Shown here: positions 16,984 to 27,091 of the stretch, piece after piece
Numbering within the stretch: position 1 is the stretch's first letter
Layout of the letters: each line of letters opens with the position of its first letter
Assembly: GCA_002375895.1 (NCBI GenBank)
Contig: DFND01000053.1
Coordinates: 1,373 to 65,372 of the forward strand
Reading direction: 5' to 3'
From: Firmicutes bacterium UBA3576
GTDB taxonomy: Bacteria > Bacillota > Sulfobacillia > UBA3569
Length of the DNA stretch: 64,000 bases
Translations under genes and position numbers: made by a program
Notes under the pieces: model-generated
What the model was told of the DNA's origin: nothing
The model's database searches: none
The model's input: only the letters and a program-made list of their open reading frames with translations

Positions 16984-19900
16984 ATGGTTATGAACCCGCT
17001 TGTGCTCTGGGACGAGCTCCCGGAGTTCCGCTCGCTCAAGGACAGCATAACGAAGGGCTGGCATATTCAGGTCTACGGCCTGGAGGAGTCTGGGCGCACC
17101 TTCCTGGTCGCGGGGGTCGCCTCCCGCATGGGCCGGCCGGTGTTTCTCATCACCCCTGACCTCAGCAGGGCCGAGCGGCTTCAGCGTGACCTTATTACCT
17201 GGCTGGGCACCCGGGACGTCCTCGTGCTCCCGCCGGTAGACCTGATGCCGTACGCCGTCTTAGCCCACAGCAGGGACCTGGTCGCCGCTAGGATCCACGC
17301 CCTCCACAGGTTGCTGACCGACCCGCCGGCCGCCGTGGTCTGTCCCGTCGCGTCCCTGCTGCGGGAGGTAATGCCTGCTGACCTCTTCCGGAAGCTCCCT
17401 TTCAGCCTACGCGTGGGGGAGATGGTTGATTTTTCGGACCTCGTCAGGCGGATAGCCGGCCTGGGGTATCAGCGTACCGAGCTGGTCGAGGGCGTAGGCT
17501 CTTTCGCCGTACGAGGCGGAATCATCGACCTGTACCCTCCGGGCTTCGAGCGCCCGCTGCGAGTTGAGTTCTTCGGCGACGAGGTCAGCTCGATCCGCCT
17601 CTTCGACCCGGACGATCAGCGTTCCGTCGCCAGCCGCACACAGGTTTCCGTGCCCCCGGCCCGCGAATTCCTGTTTCCCCCTGAGGCCGTGCCGGAAGGC
17701 GTGCGCGCCATACGCCGACAGCTGGAGAGCCAGCTCACGCGCCTGGCTTCCCTCGGCCAGCGTTCTGTGGTCGAGAGGTTGAAGAGCAAGGTGGAGGAGC
17801 ATCTCGCCAGCTTAGAGGCGGGCGAGGTCTTCGAGGGGATGGAGCAGTATGCCCCTTATTTCTACCCCAGCATGGCCTCGGTGCTGGAATATCTCCCCGA
17901 GAACAGCGTGGTCTTCGTGGATGAACCCGGGCGCACCTTTGAGGCTGGTAGGGCCGCGGAGGATGACCTGCGCGAGAGGGTACAGGCCTGGTTGGAGCAG
18001 GGTAGCTTTCTACCGGGCCAGGCTGACGCCTACAGGAGCTTTGCCGCCGCCCGGCGGCCACTCCTGAGGAGGCCGACGGTTTACCTGTCCACCCTTCTCA
18101 CCCAGGTGCCGGACGCCAGCCCACGAGCCCTGTTTTCGCTCTCGATGCGGCCCGTCCCGTCTTTTCAGGGGCAGTGGGAGGTGCTCGCTGAGGAGGTGCG
18201 GACCTGGAAGAGGCGGGGGCATCGCACCATCTTTCTCACGCCGTCGGAAGACCGGGCGAAGAGGCTGGCTGAAGTTCTCGGGGACAGAGGTATTGATGTG
18301 GTCTGCACGCGAGAATGGCGGCTCAGCGCCCCCGGAACAGTTCTCATCGCCGACGGAAGCATCGGCAAGGGGTTTGAGTTTCCCGCCCTGGGCATCGTTG
18401 TGCTCGGAGACGGTGAGCTAACGGGCAGCCGCAGGTTGACTCGCAAGCGGCACGAGGCCAGGGACGACGCGCGCCGCCTGCTCTCCTACGAGGAGTTGGA
18501 GCCGGGGGATTACGTGGTCCACGTACATCACGGTATAGGTCGTTACCTCGGGATTAAAACACTGGAGGTTGACGGTGCCCAGAAGGATTACCTGTTTCTG
18601 AAGTACGCCAAGGATGACCGACTTTACGTACCGGTTGACCAGATAGAGCTCATACAGAAGTACGTAGGAGTGGACGGCAAGGAGCCCAAGCTGAGCAAGC
18701 TGGGAGGCTCAGAGTGGAGCAAGGTCAAGCGGAGGGTGAAGGAATCGGTCAGAGAAATGGCGGAGGAGCTTCTGCGGCTGTACGCCACTAGGGAGAGGAT
18801 ACAGGGGCATAGCTTCAGCGAAGACACCCCATGGCAGAGGGAGTTCGAGGACGCCTTCCCCTACGAGGAGACCGAGGACCAGATCAAGGCCACGGCGGAG
18901 ATCAAGGCGGATATGGAGAGGCCACGGCCGATGGACAGGTTGCTCTGTGGGGACGTAGGCTACGGCAAGACAGAAGTCGCCCTCCGAGCGGCTTTCAAGG
19001 CCATTATGGACGGCAAGCAAGTGGCCTTCCTGGTGCCCACGACCATCCTGGCCCAGCAGCACTACCATACCTTCCAAGAGCGGTTCCGGGGCTACCCGAT
19101 CGTGGTCGAGATGCTGAGCAGGTTCAGGAGTCGTAGCGAGGTCAAGACCATCCTGGAGAAGACCAGGCGAGGCGAAGTGGACCTGCTGGTCGGCACTCAC
19201 CGTCTGCTCCAGGAGGACGTGGCCTTCAAAGACCTCGGCCTGTTGATCGTTGACGAGGAACAGCGCTTCGGCGTGGCCCATAAGGAACGGCTGAAGCAGC
19301 TGAAGACCAGCGTGGACGTCCTCACCTTGACCGCCACTCCCATTCCGAGGACCCTACACATGGCCCTCGTCGGGTTGCGCGACATGAGCATGATCGAGAC
19401 GCCGCCGGCGGACCGCTACCCGGTTCAAACCTACGTGGTCGAGTACGGTCCGGCTTTGATCAGAGAGGCCATCCAGCGGGAGCTGGACCGAGGCGGTCAG
19501 GTCTATTACGTCTACAACCGCGTACAGGGGATCGACGCGGTCTACCGCCGCCTGTCCATGCTCCTGCCCGACGCCCGCATAGCGGTGGCCCATGGCCAGA
19601 TGCCAGAGGGCCTTCTGGAGCGGGTGATGTTGGACTTCCTCGCCGGAGAATACGACGTCCTGTTATGCACCACCATAGTGGAATCCGGGCTGGATATCGC
19701 CAACGTCAACACCCTCGTGGTTGAGGACGCCGACCAATTCGGCCTCTCCCAGCTCTACCAGTTAAGAGGTCGGGTGGGACGGTCCGACAGGCTGGCCTTT
19801 GCATACTTTACCTACCGCAGAGACAAAGTATTATCGGAGGCGGCCCAGAAACGTCTGAAGGCGATCCGCGAGTTCACCGAGTTCGGTGCGGGCTTCAGGA

Positions 19901-20535
19901 TCGCGCTGCGCGACCTGGAGATCAGGGGCGCTGGGAACATCCTGGGGCCAGAACAGCATGGGTTCATAATCTCCGTCGGCTTCGACCTTTACTGTCAGCT
20001 CCTGGAAGACGCGGTGAGGGAACTGAAGGGGGAGGCGCCGCGTGATGAGGCTCCCCCGACTTTGGAAATCGGCATTGATGCCTACCTGCCCTCCGACTAC
20101 GTACGCGACGAGGGGCAGAGGATCCAGCTCTATAAACGCATCAACTCGATATCATCTCCAGAAGAGCTCCTGGAGCTCCGAGAGGAAATAGTAGACCGCT
20201 TCGGGCCCCTGCCGCCACCCGCCAAGACGTTAATGGCTCTCGCGAAGCTAAGGTTGTTCGCAGTAAGATGTGGCATATCCAGTGTGCTCCGCAGGAACGG
20301 TCAGTTCGTAATCAAGTTCAGAGACGCTGGTCGGATCGACCTCGAAGAGCTGGTTAGGATGGCACAGCGAAACCCCGATAAGGTGCGGCTGATGCCAGGG
20401 GACGATCCCTCCCTGGTCTACCGGGTTAACTCTCAGGGCGTAAGGGCGGTGGAGGAGGTCACGGCCTTCTTGAGGTCAGTACAGGGAATCGGGCTTGGGG
20501 TAGCAGGCCCCAGCGACGCGAGGATAAACGAATAA
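16984..20535 (+). CDS. mfd: transcription-repair coupling factor
   Basis: 1183 aa. UvrB-like N-terminus, RNAP-interacting domain, and SF2 translocase motifs (GDVGYGKTEVA, DEEQRFGV, TATPIPRT, QLRGRVGR). Confidence 0.95.
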   Translation: MVMNPLVLWDELPEFRSLKDSITKGWHIQVYGLEESGRTFLVAGVASRMGRPVFLITPDLSRAERLQRDLITWLGTRDVLVLPPVDLMPYAVLAHSRDLVAARIHALHRLLTDPPAAVVCPVASLLREVMPADLFRKLPFSLRVGEMVDFSDLVRRIAGLGYQRTELVEGVGSFAVRGGIIDLYPPGFERPLRVEFFGDEVSSIRLFDPDDQRSVASRTQVSVPPAREFLFPPEAVPEGVRAIRRQLESQLTRLASLGQRSVVERLKSKVEEHLASLEAGEVFEGMEQYAPYFYPSMASVLEYLPENSVVFVDEPGRTFEAGRAAEDDLRERVQAWLEQGSFLPGQADAYRSFAAARRPLLRRPTVYLSTLLTQVPDASPRALFSLSMRPVPSFQGQWEVLAEEVRTWKRRGHRTIFLTPSEDRAKRLAEVLGDRGIDVVCTREWRLSAPGTVLIADGSIGKGFEFPALGIVVLGDGELTGSRRLTRKRHEARDDARRLLSYEELEPGDYVVHVHHGIGRYLGIKTLEVDGAQKDYLFLKYAKDDRLYVPVDQIELIQKYVGVDGKEPKLSKLGGSEWSKVKRRVKESVREMAEELLRLYATRERIQGHSFSEDTPWQREFEDAFPYEETEDQIKATAEIKADMERPRPMDRLLCGDVGYGKTEVALRAAFKAIMDGKQVAFLVPTTILAQQHYHTFQERFRGYPIVVEMLSRFRSRSEVKTILEKTRRGEVDLLVGTHRLLQEDVAFKDLGLLIVDEEQRFGVAHKERLKQLKTSVDVLTLTATPIPRTLHMALVGLRDMSMIETPPADRYPVQTYVVEYGPALIREAIQRELDRGGQVYYVYNRVQGIDAVYRRLSMLLPDARIAVAHGQMPEGLLERVMLDFLAGEYDVLLCTTIVESGLDIANVNTLVVEDADQFGLSQLYQLRGRVGRSDRLAFAYFTYRRDKVLSEAAQKRLKAIREFTEFGAGFRIALRDLEIRGAGNILGPEQHGFIISVGFDLYCQLLEDAVRELKGEAPRDEAPPTLEIGIDAYLPSDYVRDEGQRIQLYKRINSISSPEELLELREEIVDRFGPLPPPAKTLMALAKLRLFAVRCGISSVLRRNGQFVIKFRDAGRIDLEELVRMAQRNPDKVRLMPGDDPSLVYRVNSQGVRAVEEVTAFLRSVQGIGLGVAGPSDARINE

Positions 20536-20599
20536 AGCTGAAAACCAGGCTATATACTATCACTGAAAAGGAATCTCTGGTGATAAAGGAGGGTGGACG

Positions 20600-21160
20600 A
20601 TGAAAGCAACAGGAATCGTCCGCAGAATTGACGACCTCGGCCGAGTAGTTATACCTAAAGAGATCAGGCGCACCATGCGGATTCGCGAAGGCGATCCCTT
20701 GGAGATCTTCGTGGACCGCGATGGTGAGGTCATCCTTAAGAAATATTCGCCCATCGGTGAGCTGAGCGAGTTTGCGCAGGAGTACGCGGAGTCCCTTAAT
20801 GAGGCCGTCGGCCACATAGCCATCATCACAGACAGAGATACAGTGGTGGCGGTATCCGGCGGGCCGAGAAAGGAGTATATGGACAGACCGGTTGGGCAAC
20901 TGCTGGAGAGGGTGATGGAAGAGAGGAGAACGGTCGTGCTTAATGACCCCGGACAGAATAGGGATTACCAAGGCTCGATCATCGGCCAAGAGGACGACCA
21001 GGAGAAGTATTCCTCTCTGGTGATGTCGCCGATCGTGGCCGCAGGTGACCCCATTGGCTGTGTGATCCTCCTCTCCAAGGAACCCGGCGTGAAGATGGGC
21101 GATCTCGAGGTTAAGCTGGCCGAAACCGCGGCCGGCTTCCTGGCCAAGCAGATGGAGTAG
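20600..21160 (+). CDS. spoVT: stage V sporulation protein T (AbrB-family forespore regulator)
   Basis: MKATGIVRRIDDLGRVVIPKEIRRTMRIREGDPLEIFVDRDGEVILKKYSP plus a GAF-like C-terminal domain. Position after mfd matches B. subtilis. Confidence 0.9.
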   Translation: MKATGIVRRIDDLGRVVIPKEIRRTMRIREGDPLEIFVDRDGEVILKKYSPIGELSEFAQEYAESLNEAVGHIAIITDRDTVVAVSGGPRKEYMDRPVGQLLERVMEERRTVVLNDPGQNRDYQGSIIGQEDDQEKYSSLVMSPIVAAGDPIGCVILLSKEPGVKMGDLEVKLAETAAGFLAKQME

Positions 21161-21211
21161 AGCAGGCTCGGAGCTACCGTTCCTTTATCACCGGAGTTGT
21201 TCCTATACAAG

Positions 21212-21245
21212 AAGTAGCGGTTCCCTTCGTCCCGCTACTTTTTTG
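21212..21245 (+). terminator. intrinsic terminator after spoVT
   Basis: AAGTAGCGG (21212-21220) pairs with CCGCTACTT (21232-21240), followed by TTTTGTTT. Confidence 0.7.
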
Positions 21246-21393
21246 TTTCTAGGGCCTCTCTGGAGCTGAGCCTCCCCTCGTCCTCGCCCCCAGTCGGGGG
21301 ACCCGACGCCAACCTCTGGTTATTTCAACCTAGCCCTTCGAAAAGGGCTATGGTAACATTAACAGGAGAAGTCTAGGAAGGAGAACTAGGAGA

Positions 21394-23001
21394 GTGAGGT
21401 CGTCCCAGTCCTTCGTTAAGGGTGCAATCATCCTCACCGTAGCAGCGGCCGTGAGTCGGGCCCTTGGGGCTATCTACAGCATTATCCTGCCGCGAGTTAT
21501 CGGGCCTGACGGCTTCGGCCTCTTTCAGATGGCCTATCCCGTGTACAACATAATCTTCTTTCTCGCCGCGGGCGGCCTGAACGTGGCCATATCCAAACTG
21601 GTAGCCGAGAAGCTAACCCTGGGTGACAGGTGGGGAGCCCTCCGCGTCTTCAGGACGTCCCTATTCGTGTTGGCCCTTCTGGGCTTAGTCTCGTCATTGG
21701 GATTGTACCTCGGGGCGAACTTCGTAGCGGTCGAGATAATGGGTGACCCCCTGGCGGCCCCGTCCATCGCCGCCATCTCCCCGGCCATCTTCTTCGTGGC
21801 CGTGATGGCGGCGTTCCGCGGTTTCTTCCAGGGGATGCAGCGAATGGAGCCCACCGCCCAGTCGCAGGTGCTCGAACAGATCATGAGGGTCTCCACCATG
21901 TTCGTCTTGGCCTACCTGCTGCTCCCCCGGGGCGTAGAGATGGCCGCTGCCGGCGCTGCCTTCGGCGCCGTTACCGGTGCTGTGGCCGGCCTGTTCTTTC
22001 TCATCTTTCTCTTCGCCCGCGAACGGGTCCGCTGGAGACGGACCGCTCCGCGCAGCAGGCGTGGTTCGGGTGAAGACTTAATGGAGCTGGTCAAACGCCT
22101 GGCGGCCCTGGCCATTCCCATATCCCTGGCCGGCATTATCCTCCCCATAATCCAGTTCGCCGACGCCGCCATTGTGCCCTCGCAGCTTCAGGTTGCAGGG
22201 CACCCGGTCGAAGAGGCCAGAGCTTTGTTCGGTTTCCTGGCCATGGGATTCAAGGTGGTCTTCATGCCCACGATTGTGACCGCGGCGCTATCGATGAGCC
22301 TGGTACCTGCGGTCTCGGAGGCCAACGCACTGGGGCACATGAGCATCGTGAGGTCGCGTAGCATGGCGGGACTGAGGTTGACCTTCCTCTTCGCCCTACC
22401 GGCAGTGGTGGGTCTGTACCTCCTGGCGGACGACATCGCCACTCTGCTATGGCCCCAGTTCCCCGAGGCGGGAGGGCCAATTGCGTGGTTATCTGCGGGC
22501 CTCCTGTTCATAAGCGTGCAGCAGACCAGCTCCGGGATACTTCAGGGCCTGGGCAGGCCGGTTATACCCGCCAGGAATCTGTTCATCGGCGCCTTGGTGA
22601 AGGTCCTGCTGACTCTGGTCCTGGTGCCACGGCCCGCCTTCGGTGCCATGGGGGCGGCCCTCGCCACCGTGCTTGGCTTCCTGGTGGCCAGCAGCTTGAA
22701 TGTAGCGTCGCTCCACTTACTCGTGGGGTTGAGGCCTAACCTGGGCCTGCTGGTGGTGAAGCCGGCCGTCGCCATCGCCACCATGGGAGTGGCCGTGCGA
22801 CTGATTCAGTCGTCCTTCACGGGCTTTCCCCTGCCCCATGAGGTGGTGACCCTTGCGGCCGTGTTCGGGGGGGCCGTGGTTTACGGTTTGACTCTGCTGC
22901 TGGTGGGTGGGCTCACGGTACAGGACCTACACCTCATTCCCAGAATTGGGCCGAGAGTAGCGGCGATCCTAGAGAGGGCCGGCTTAGTCTCGCGAGACTG
23001 A
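21394..23001 (+). CDS. MOP-superfamily polysaccharide/lipid II flippase (YabM / SpoVB-like)
   Basis: 535-aa polytopic membrane protein with many hydrophobic segments and a SpoVB/MurJ-like N-terminus (SFVKGAIILTVAAAVSRALGAIY). Same position as B. subtilis yabM. Confidence 0.75.
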   Translation: MRSSQSFVKGAIILTVAAAVSRALGAIYSIILPRVIGPDGFGLFQMAYPVYNIIFFLAAGGLNVAISKLVAEKLTLGDRWGALRVFRTSLFVLALLGLVSSLGLYLGANFVAVEIMGDPLAAPSIAAISPAIFFVAVMAAFRGFFQGMQRMEPTAQSQVLEQIMRVSTMFVLAYLLLPRGVEMAAAGAAFGAVTGAVAGLFFLIFLFARERVRWRRTAPRSRRGSGEDLMELVKRLAALAIPISLAGIILPIIQFADAAIVPSQLQVAGHPVEEARALFGFLAMGFKVVFMPTIVTAALSMSLVPAVSEANALGHMSIVRSRSMAGLRLTFLFALPAVVGLYLLADDIATLLWPQFPEAGGPIAWLSAGLLFISVQQTSSGILQGLGRPVIPARNLFIGALVKVLLTLVLVPRPAFGAMGAALATVLGFLVASSLNVASLHLLVGLRPNLGLLVVKPAVAIATMGVAVRLIQSSFTGFPLPHEVVTLAAVFGGAVVYGLTLLLVGGLTVQDLHLIPRIGPRVAAILERAGLVSRD

Positions 23002-23004
23002 GGG

Positions 23005-24471
23005 GTGCGAACGGTGAAAAGGGATAGGGTTATAGTCGCGGGGGCTGGGCCCAACGGTGAGGCCAGCCTCACCTGTGAAGTGCGGGAGCTAATCAGAGAG
23101 GTGCCGCGCGTCCTGCTGAGGACGGAGCGGATACCACTGATTGATTTCCTCCGGGCCGAGGGGATCGAGTACTCCTCCTACGATCACTTCTACGACCAGG
23201 CCGAGGATTTCGCCGAAGTATACCAGAGGATGGTAGAGGCCCTTCTGTCGGAGGCCGCCGTCCATGGGACCGTCCTGTTCCTCGTGCCGGGCCATCCTCT
23301 GGTCGGCGAGGCGGTTACCTCAGGCTTGCTCGAGCGCTCCCGCGCAGGCGTAGTGGACGTCAGGGTGTTGCCAGGGGTGTCCTCCTTAGACAGCCTGTTC
23401 GTAGAGCTGGCTTTAGACCCCGCGCACGGCATCCAAGTGATAGACGCTCTGAGCATGGACAAACAAAGGCTTAACCCGGCCTTGGATCTAATTCTGTTAC
23501 AGGTATACAGTCGTAAGATAGCGGCCCTCATCAAACCGATCTTGATGGGCTCCTACCCTGATGACCATGAGATATGGGTGGTCCGCGGGGCGGGTACGCC
23601 CGCCTGTGAGAAGGCGAGGATACCGCTCTTCGAGCTGGACAGACTTGATTGGGTCGACCACGCCACCTCGGTCTACGTGCCGCGCTGCCTCGAGGGCGAC
23701 GCCATGGAATATTTCATAGGTATTGTCCGTCGGCTTAGGGGGGAGGGCGGTTGCCCGTGGGACAGAGAACAGACGCATAAGAGTTTACGGCCCTACCTGC
23801 TGGAGGAGACTTACGAGGTGCTCGAGGCTCTGGACGCAGGTGATATGAATAAGCTGAGGGAAGAACTGGGAGACTTACTACTGCAGGTGGTGCTGCACTC
23901 GGTGATCGCGGAGGAGGAGGGCGAGTTCACCCTGGAGGAGGTTGCCGCCGGGATAAGCGAGAAACTCATCCGACGTCACCCGCACGTCTTCGGGGACGTC
24001 CGGGTCTCAGGTACCGGCGACGTGCTCCGTAACTGGGAGGCCATCAAGAGGAGCGAGAGGGGAGAGAGACAGGAGTCTTTACTGGATGGCGTACCGAAGT
24101 ACATGCCGGCCTTGAGTCGAGCCTTCGAGATCCAAAAGCGGGCCTCACGGGTAGGCTTCGATTGGCCTGATCTTCAAGGCCCCCTGGACAAGATCCGGGA
24201 GGAGATGCACGAACTGGAGAGGGCCCTCAAGGAAGGACCTTCCGAAGCGCTGGAGGAGGAGGCCGGTGACCTCCTGTTCTCGGTGGTGAACCTGTGCCGC
24301 TTCGTCGGGGTCGACCCTGAAGCCGCCCTGCGAAGCACCGTGGAGAAGTTCGTCCGACGTTTCCAGCACATCGAGCGTGAACTGGCGCGGAGGGGGCTTA
24401 CCCCCGCTGAGGCCACTTTGCACCAGATGGATGAGCTTTGGGAGGAGGCCAAGCCAAAAGATTCCATGTAA
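23005..24471 (+). CDS. mazG: YabN-type fusion: tetrapyrrole-methylase-like domain + MazG nucleoside triphosphate pyrophosphohydrolase
   Basis: The C-terminal half carries tandem MazG motifs (EETYEVLEAL, EELGDLLLQVV, EEAGDLLFSVV). The N-terminal half resembles a TP-methylase. The start may instead be GTG 23014. Confidence 0.85.
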   Translation: MRTVKRDRVIVAGAGPNGEASLTCEVRELIREVPRVLLRTERIPLIDFLRAEGIEYSSYDHFYDQAEDFAEVYQRMVEALLSEAAVHGTVLFLVPGHPLVGEAVTSGLLERSRAGVVDVRVLPGVSSLDSLFVELALDPAHGIQVIDALSMDKQRLNPALDLILLQVYSRKIAALIKPILMGSYPDDHEIWVVRGAGTPACEKARIPLFELDRLDWVDHATSVYVPRCLEGDAMEYFIGIVRRLRGEGGCPWDREQTHKSLRPYLLEETYEVLEALDAGDMNKLREELGDLLLQVVLHSVIAEEEGEFTLEEVAAGISEKLIRRHPHVFGDVRVSGTGDVLRNWEAIKRSERGERQESLLDGVPKYMPALSRAFEIQKRASRVGFDWPDLQGPLDKIREEMHELERALKEGPSEALEEEAGDLLFSVVNLCRFVGVDPEAALRSTVEKFVRRFQHIERELARRGLTPAEATLHQMDELWEEAKPKDSM

Positions 24472-24540
24472 GGCAGGATTTCTAGGGCTTTTGGAGAATA
24501 GCGAAGATCGGACTGATTAGAATACCTGAGGAGGGAAGGC

Positions 24541-24816
24541 ATGAATAAGTCAGAACTCATTTCCCGGGTAACAGAGAAGGCCGGACTTACGAAGAAAGAT
24601 TGCGAGAAAGCCATTAATGCCATGATCGAGGTTATTGAGGAAACGCTGGCTGCGGGGGACAAGGTCTCCCTCGTAGGGTTCGGGACCTTCGAAGTGCGCT
24701 CGCGGGCGGAGCGTAAGGGCCGCAACCCCCGTACTGGGCAAGAGATCACCATTCCCGCGAGTAAGGTCCCGGCCTTTAAGGCCGGCAAGGCCTTTAAGGA
24801 AGCCGTGGATAAGTAA
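24541..24816 (+). CDS. hup: nucleoid protein HU
   Basis: [20 protein letters not shown]...[26 protein letters not shown] is canonical HU/HBsu. Confidence 0.95.
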   Translation: MNKSELISRVTEKAGLTKKDCEKAINAMIEVIEETLAAGDKVSLVGFGTFEVRSRAERKGRNPRTGQEITIPASKVPAFKAGKAFKEAVDK

Positions 24817-24834
24817 TCTAGGCTTGGCCATGGA

Positions 24835-24868
24835 GGGGAGCTCCACCTAGGGTGAGCTCCCCCTTTTT
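24835..24868 (+). terminator. intrinsic terminator after hup
   Basis: GGGGAGCTC (24835-24843) pairs with GAGCTCCCC (24854-24862), followed by TTTTT. Confidence 0.7.
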
Positions 24869-24885
24869 CTATGGGAGGGGTAACC

Positions 24886-25146
24886 TTGAGGCTGGATAAG
24901 TATCTGAAGGTGAGCGGACTCGTTAAGCGGAGAACCGTAGCCAAACAGCTCTGCGATGCCGGCAGGATAAGGGTCAATGGCAACCCGGCGAAAGCCGGCA
25001 CGCGCGTAAAGCAGGACGATGAAGTTGACTTGTTTCTCGGGAGAAGGAGGTTGAAGATCAGGGTACAGAACATCGAGGCCGCCCCTACATCACGTGCCGA
25101 GGGGCTTTTTACCGTCCTCCTTGATGAGGTTACAGAGGGAGACTAG
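24886..25146 (+). CDS. yabO: S4-domain RNA-binding protein YabO
   Basis: LRLDKYLKVSGLVKRRTVAKQLCDAGRIRVNG is an S4 motif. TTG 24886 lies 5 nt after GGGAGGGG. ATG 24871 abuts the hup terminator and has no RBS. Confidence 0.8.
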   Translation: MRLDKYLKVSGLVKRRTVAKQLCDAGRIRVNGNPAKAGTRVKQDDEVDLFLGRRRLKIRVQNIEAAPTSRAEGLFTVLLDEVTEGD

Positions 25147-25209
25147 AGCTTATCGAGACCCGTTCTGGAGATAATAATAGAAGAGTTGTCCGGAACGGGA
25201 GGAGCGAAG

Positions 25210-26130
25210 ATGTCGGCAAAATTCAGGATCCTGTTCGTGCTACTGCTGTGTGCGGCCATGATCCACGGCTGTACCCTAATCCCCTTCGGCAAGTCCAGAG
25301 AGCCGCAGCGAGAGCCCACCCTCACCCTGTTCGATCACGAGACCGAAGAGAAGAAAGAGATCAAGATGGAGGAGTACATCGCGGGGGTAGTGGCCGCTGA
25401 GATGGACCCGAATTGGCCCGTAGAGGCACTCGCTGCCCAGGCTGTCATCGCCCGCACCTTCACCCTCGGCGAGCTCCAACGTAAGGGGGGTGTCCGCGAC
25501 CTACATCAGACGGACGTCTGCACGAGCCCCGAGCACTTCCAGGCATACGATGCGTCCCGGGTAAACGAGCGTGTGAAGCGTGCCGTTGAGATGACACGGG
25601 GGAAGGTCATCACCTACCGGGGCAACCTGGTCCGGGCGTGGTTCCACTCGCACTCGGGCGGGATAACCTCGGTGCCTGAGGAAGGGCTTGGGCTAGGCGA
25701 TGTTGATGCCCCTTATCTCAAAGTGATGAGGGATATAGATCTGCCACACGAGGCGCGCTGGACGGCATCCTTCACAAGGGAGGAGATCATAGAGGCTGCC
25801 TCTGAAGTCGGTGTCTCGCTGCAAGACGTCAAATCGGTGAGACTTGGAGAGAAAGGCCCTTCTGGTCGCATACGGACGCTGATCATAGACGGTAAATCCA
25901 TCCCAGCCCCGGAGTTCCGAGTGGCCATCGGGAGCAAGAAGATGCGGTCCACCCTTGTCGAGGAGGTCCGGATCGAGGGCGGAGCGGTCATCATGAAAGG
26001 CAGGGGGTTTGGGCACGGGGTCGGCATGCCTCAGTGGAGCGCCAAGACCATGGCTGAACAGGGCAAGTCGCCCGAGGACATCATCAAGTTTTACTACAAG
26101 GGCGTGGCCATAGAGGACAGGTGGAAGTAG
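25210..26130 (+). CDS. spoIID: stage II sporulation protein D (SpoIID/LytB lytic transglycosylase family)
   Basis: Signal/anchor FRILFVLLLCAAMIHGC, EALAAQAVIARTF, HSHSGG and GRGFGHGVGMPQWSA motifs of the SpoIID family. Confidence 0.85.
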   Translation: MSAKFRILFVLLLCAAMIHGCTLIPFGKSREPQREPTLTLFDHETEEKKEIKMEEYIAGVVAAEMDPNWPVEALAAQAVIARTFTLGELQRKGGVRDLHQTDVCTSPEHFQAYDASRVNERVKRAVEMTRGKVITYRGNLVRAWFHSHSGGITSVPEEGLGLGDVDAPYLKVMRDIDLPHEARWTASFTREEIIEAASEVGVSLQDVKSVRLGEKGPSGRIRTLIIDGKSIPAPEFRVAIGSKKMRSTLVEEVRIEGGAVIMKGRGFGHGVGMPQWSAKTMAEQGKSPEDIIKFYYKGVAIEDRWK

Positions 26131-26252
26131 AGGCCGTGGCATGGAGAGCCGCCGCCATCGGCGGCTCTTCTTATGCCCCCTCCCCCGGTGGCATAAACCC
26201 GTAGCCGGGGCATACCCATGAAATAGAATGCCTGAAAGGGGGTTGCTGCGAT

Positions 26253-26540
26253 TTGGAAGAGAAGGGCTACGGGACTGACAACCATGAAGTGCTCATCGTG
26301 AACCGGGAACAGGTCACCATTCGAGGGGTCCTGCACGTAGACAGCTTCGATGACCAGGAGATCATCCTCGATACCGACCTCGGAACTCTCATAGTTCGCG
26401 GCGAAGACCTCCACATCAAACAACTCAACCTAGATGACGGAAGCTTCTCGGTGGAAGGGTTGATAAGCGGCATACAATACACCGCCGGTAAGGCTAAGGG
26501 CACCAAAGGGAAGGGGCTCCTCGACAGGCTGTTGCGTTAG
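26253..26540 (+). CDS. yabP: sporulation protein YabP
   Basis: HEVLIVNREQVTIRGVLHVDSFDDQEIILDTDLGTLIVRGEDLHIKQLNLDDGSFSVEG is the YabP/YqfC fold signature. Synteny with yabQ. Confidence 0.85.
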   Translation: MEEKGYGTDNHEVLIVNREQVTIRGVLHVDSFDDQEIILDTDLGTLIVRGEDLHIKQLNLDDGSFSVEGLISGIQYTAGKAKGTKGKGLLDRLLR

Positions 26541-26558
26541 GGGGCAGCAAGTCCGAAG

Positions 26559-26957
26559 ATGCCTTCGCTTAACGAGCAGATCCACGGGTTCCTCGTTCTC
26601 TTTCTCTGCGGATGTGCCCTTGGCTTACTGTTTGACCTTTACCAGGGCGTGTTAAGGGCGGTACGGCCCAGGCGATGGATGATAACCATCGGCGACGTTC
26701 TCTTCTGGGTAGGTGCCACGGCCCTCATTGTCGGCGCGTTGTTGTTCAGTAGCCGCGTCGAGCTCCGCGGCTACGTCTTCATGGGGCTGATCTCGGGCAC
26801 CCTCTTCTACTTCTGGGGGGCGAGTCCGCTCGTCCACGTAGGAGTCGGCAGGTTGACTTCGGTGGTAATCAGAGCGGCCAACACTGTGGGTCGAGCGGCT
26901 TCGAAGCCCTTCAGATGGGCGTGGCGCGGCAAGGACTTCCTCCGGAGGGCTCGCTGA
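26559..26957 (+). CDS. yabQ: spore cortex biosynthesis protein YabQ
   Basis: Small membrane protein with 3-4 TM segments (FLVLFLCGCALGLLFDLYQGV...). Its position after yabP matches Bacilli and Clostridia. Confidence 0.7.
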   Translation: MPSLNEQIHGFLVLFLCGCALGLLFDLYQGVLRAVRPRRWMITIGDVLFWVGATALIVGALLFSSRVELRGYVFMGLISGTLFYFWGASPLVHVGVGRLTSVVIRAANTVGRAASKPFRWAWRGKDFLRRAR

Positions 26958-27038
26958 CCTGTGACGGCACCGAGTCTGCAGGAAACAGGCAGACGACTAG
27001 CAGGGATCTTAACGTCTTTGGCGAAGTGTATGAACCCC

Positions 27039-27071
27039 GTACAAAATCTGTACACAATTTGTCCACATATC
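27039..27071. repeat. three tandem imperfect 11-bp repeats upstream of the small HTH gene
   Basis: GTACAAAATCT (27039-49), GTACACAATTT (27050-60), GTCCACATATC (27061-71). The period of 11 bp equals one helical turn. The region is AT-rich in a GC-rich genome. The minus strand reads GGACAAA, close to the SpoIIID-type GGACAAG. Confidence 0.5.
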
Positions 27072-27091
27072 CACAACGGGTGGTCGGCAGA

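Noticed and set aside
24174-25073. 299-aa minus-strand ORF spanning the mazG 3' end, hup and yabO
   Set aside because: It crosses two intergenic regions and an intrinsic terminator and is antisense to three strongly supported genes. Its Ser/Leu/Arg-rich composition is typical of a frame artefact.
26915-27091. Track-predicted long form (138 aa) of the small HTH ORF, overlapping the yabQ 3' end
   Set aside because: The first ~59 residues are low-complexity, overlap yabQ and run through the 11-bp repeat array. An internal GTG with an RBS (27092) gives a compact HTH protein.
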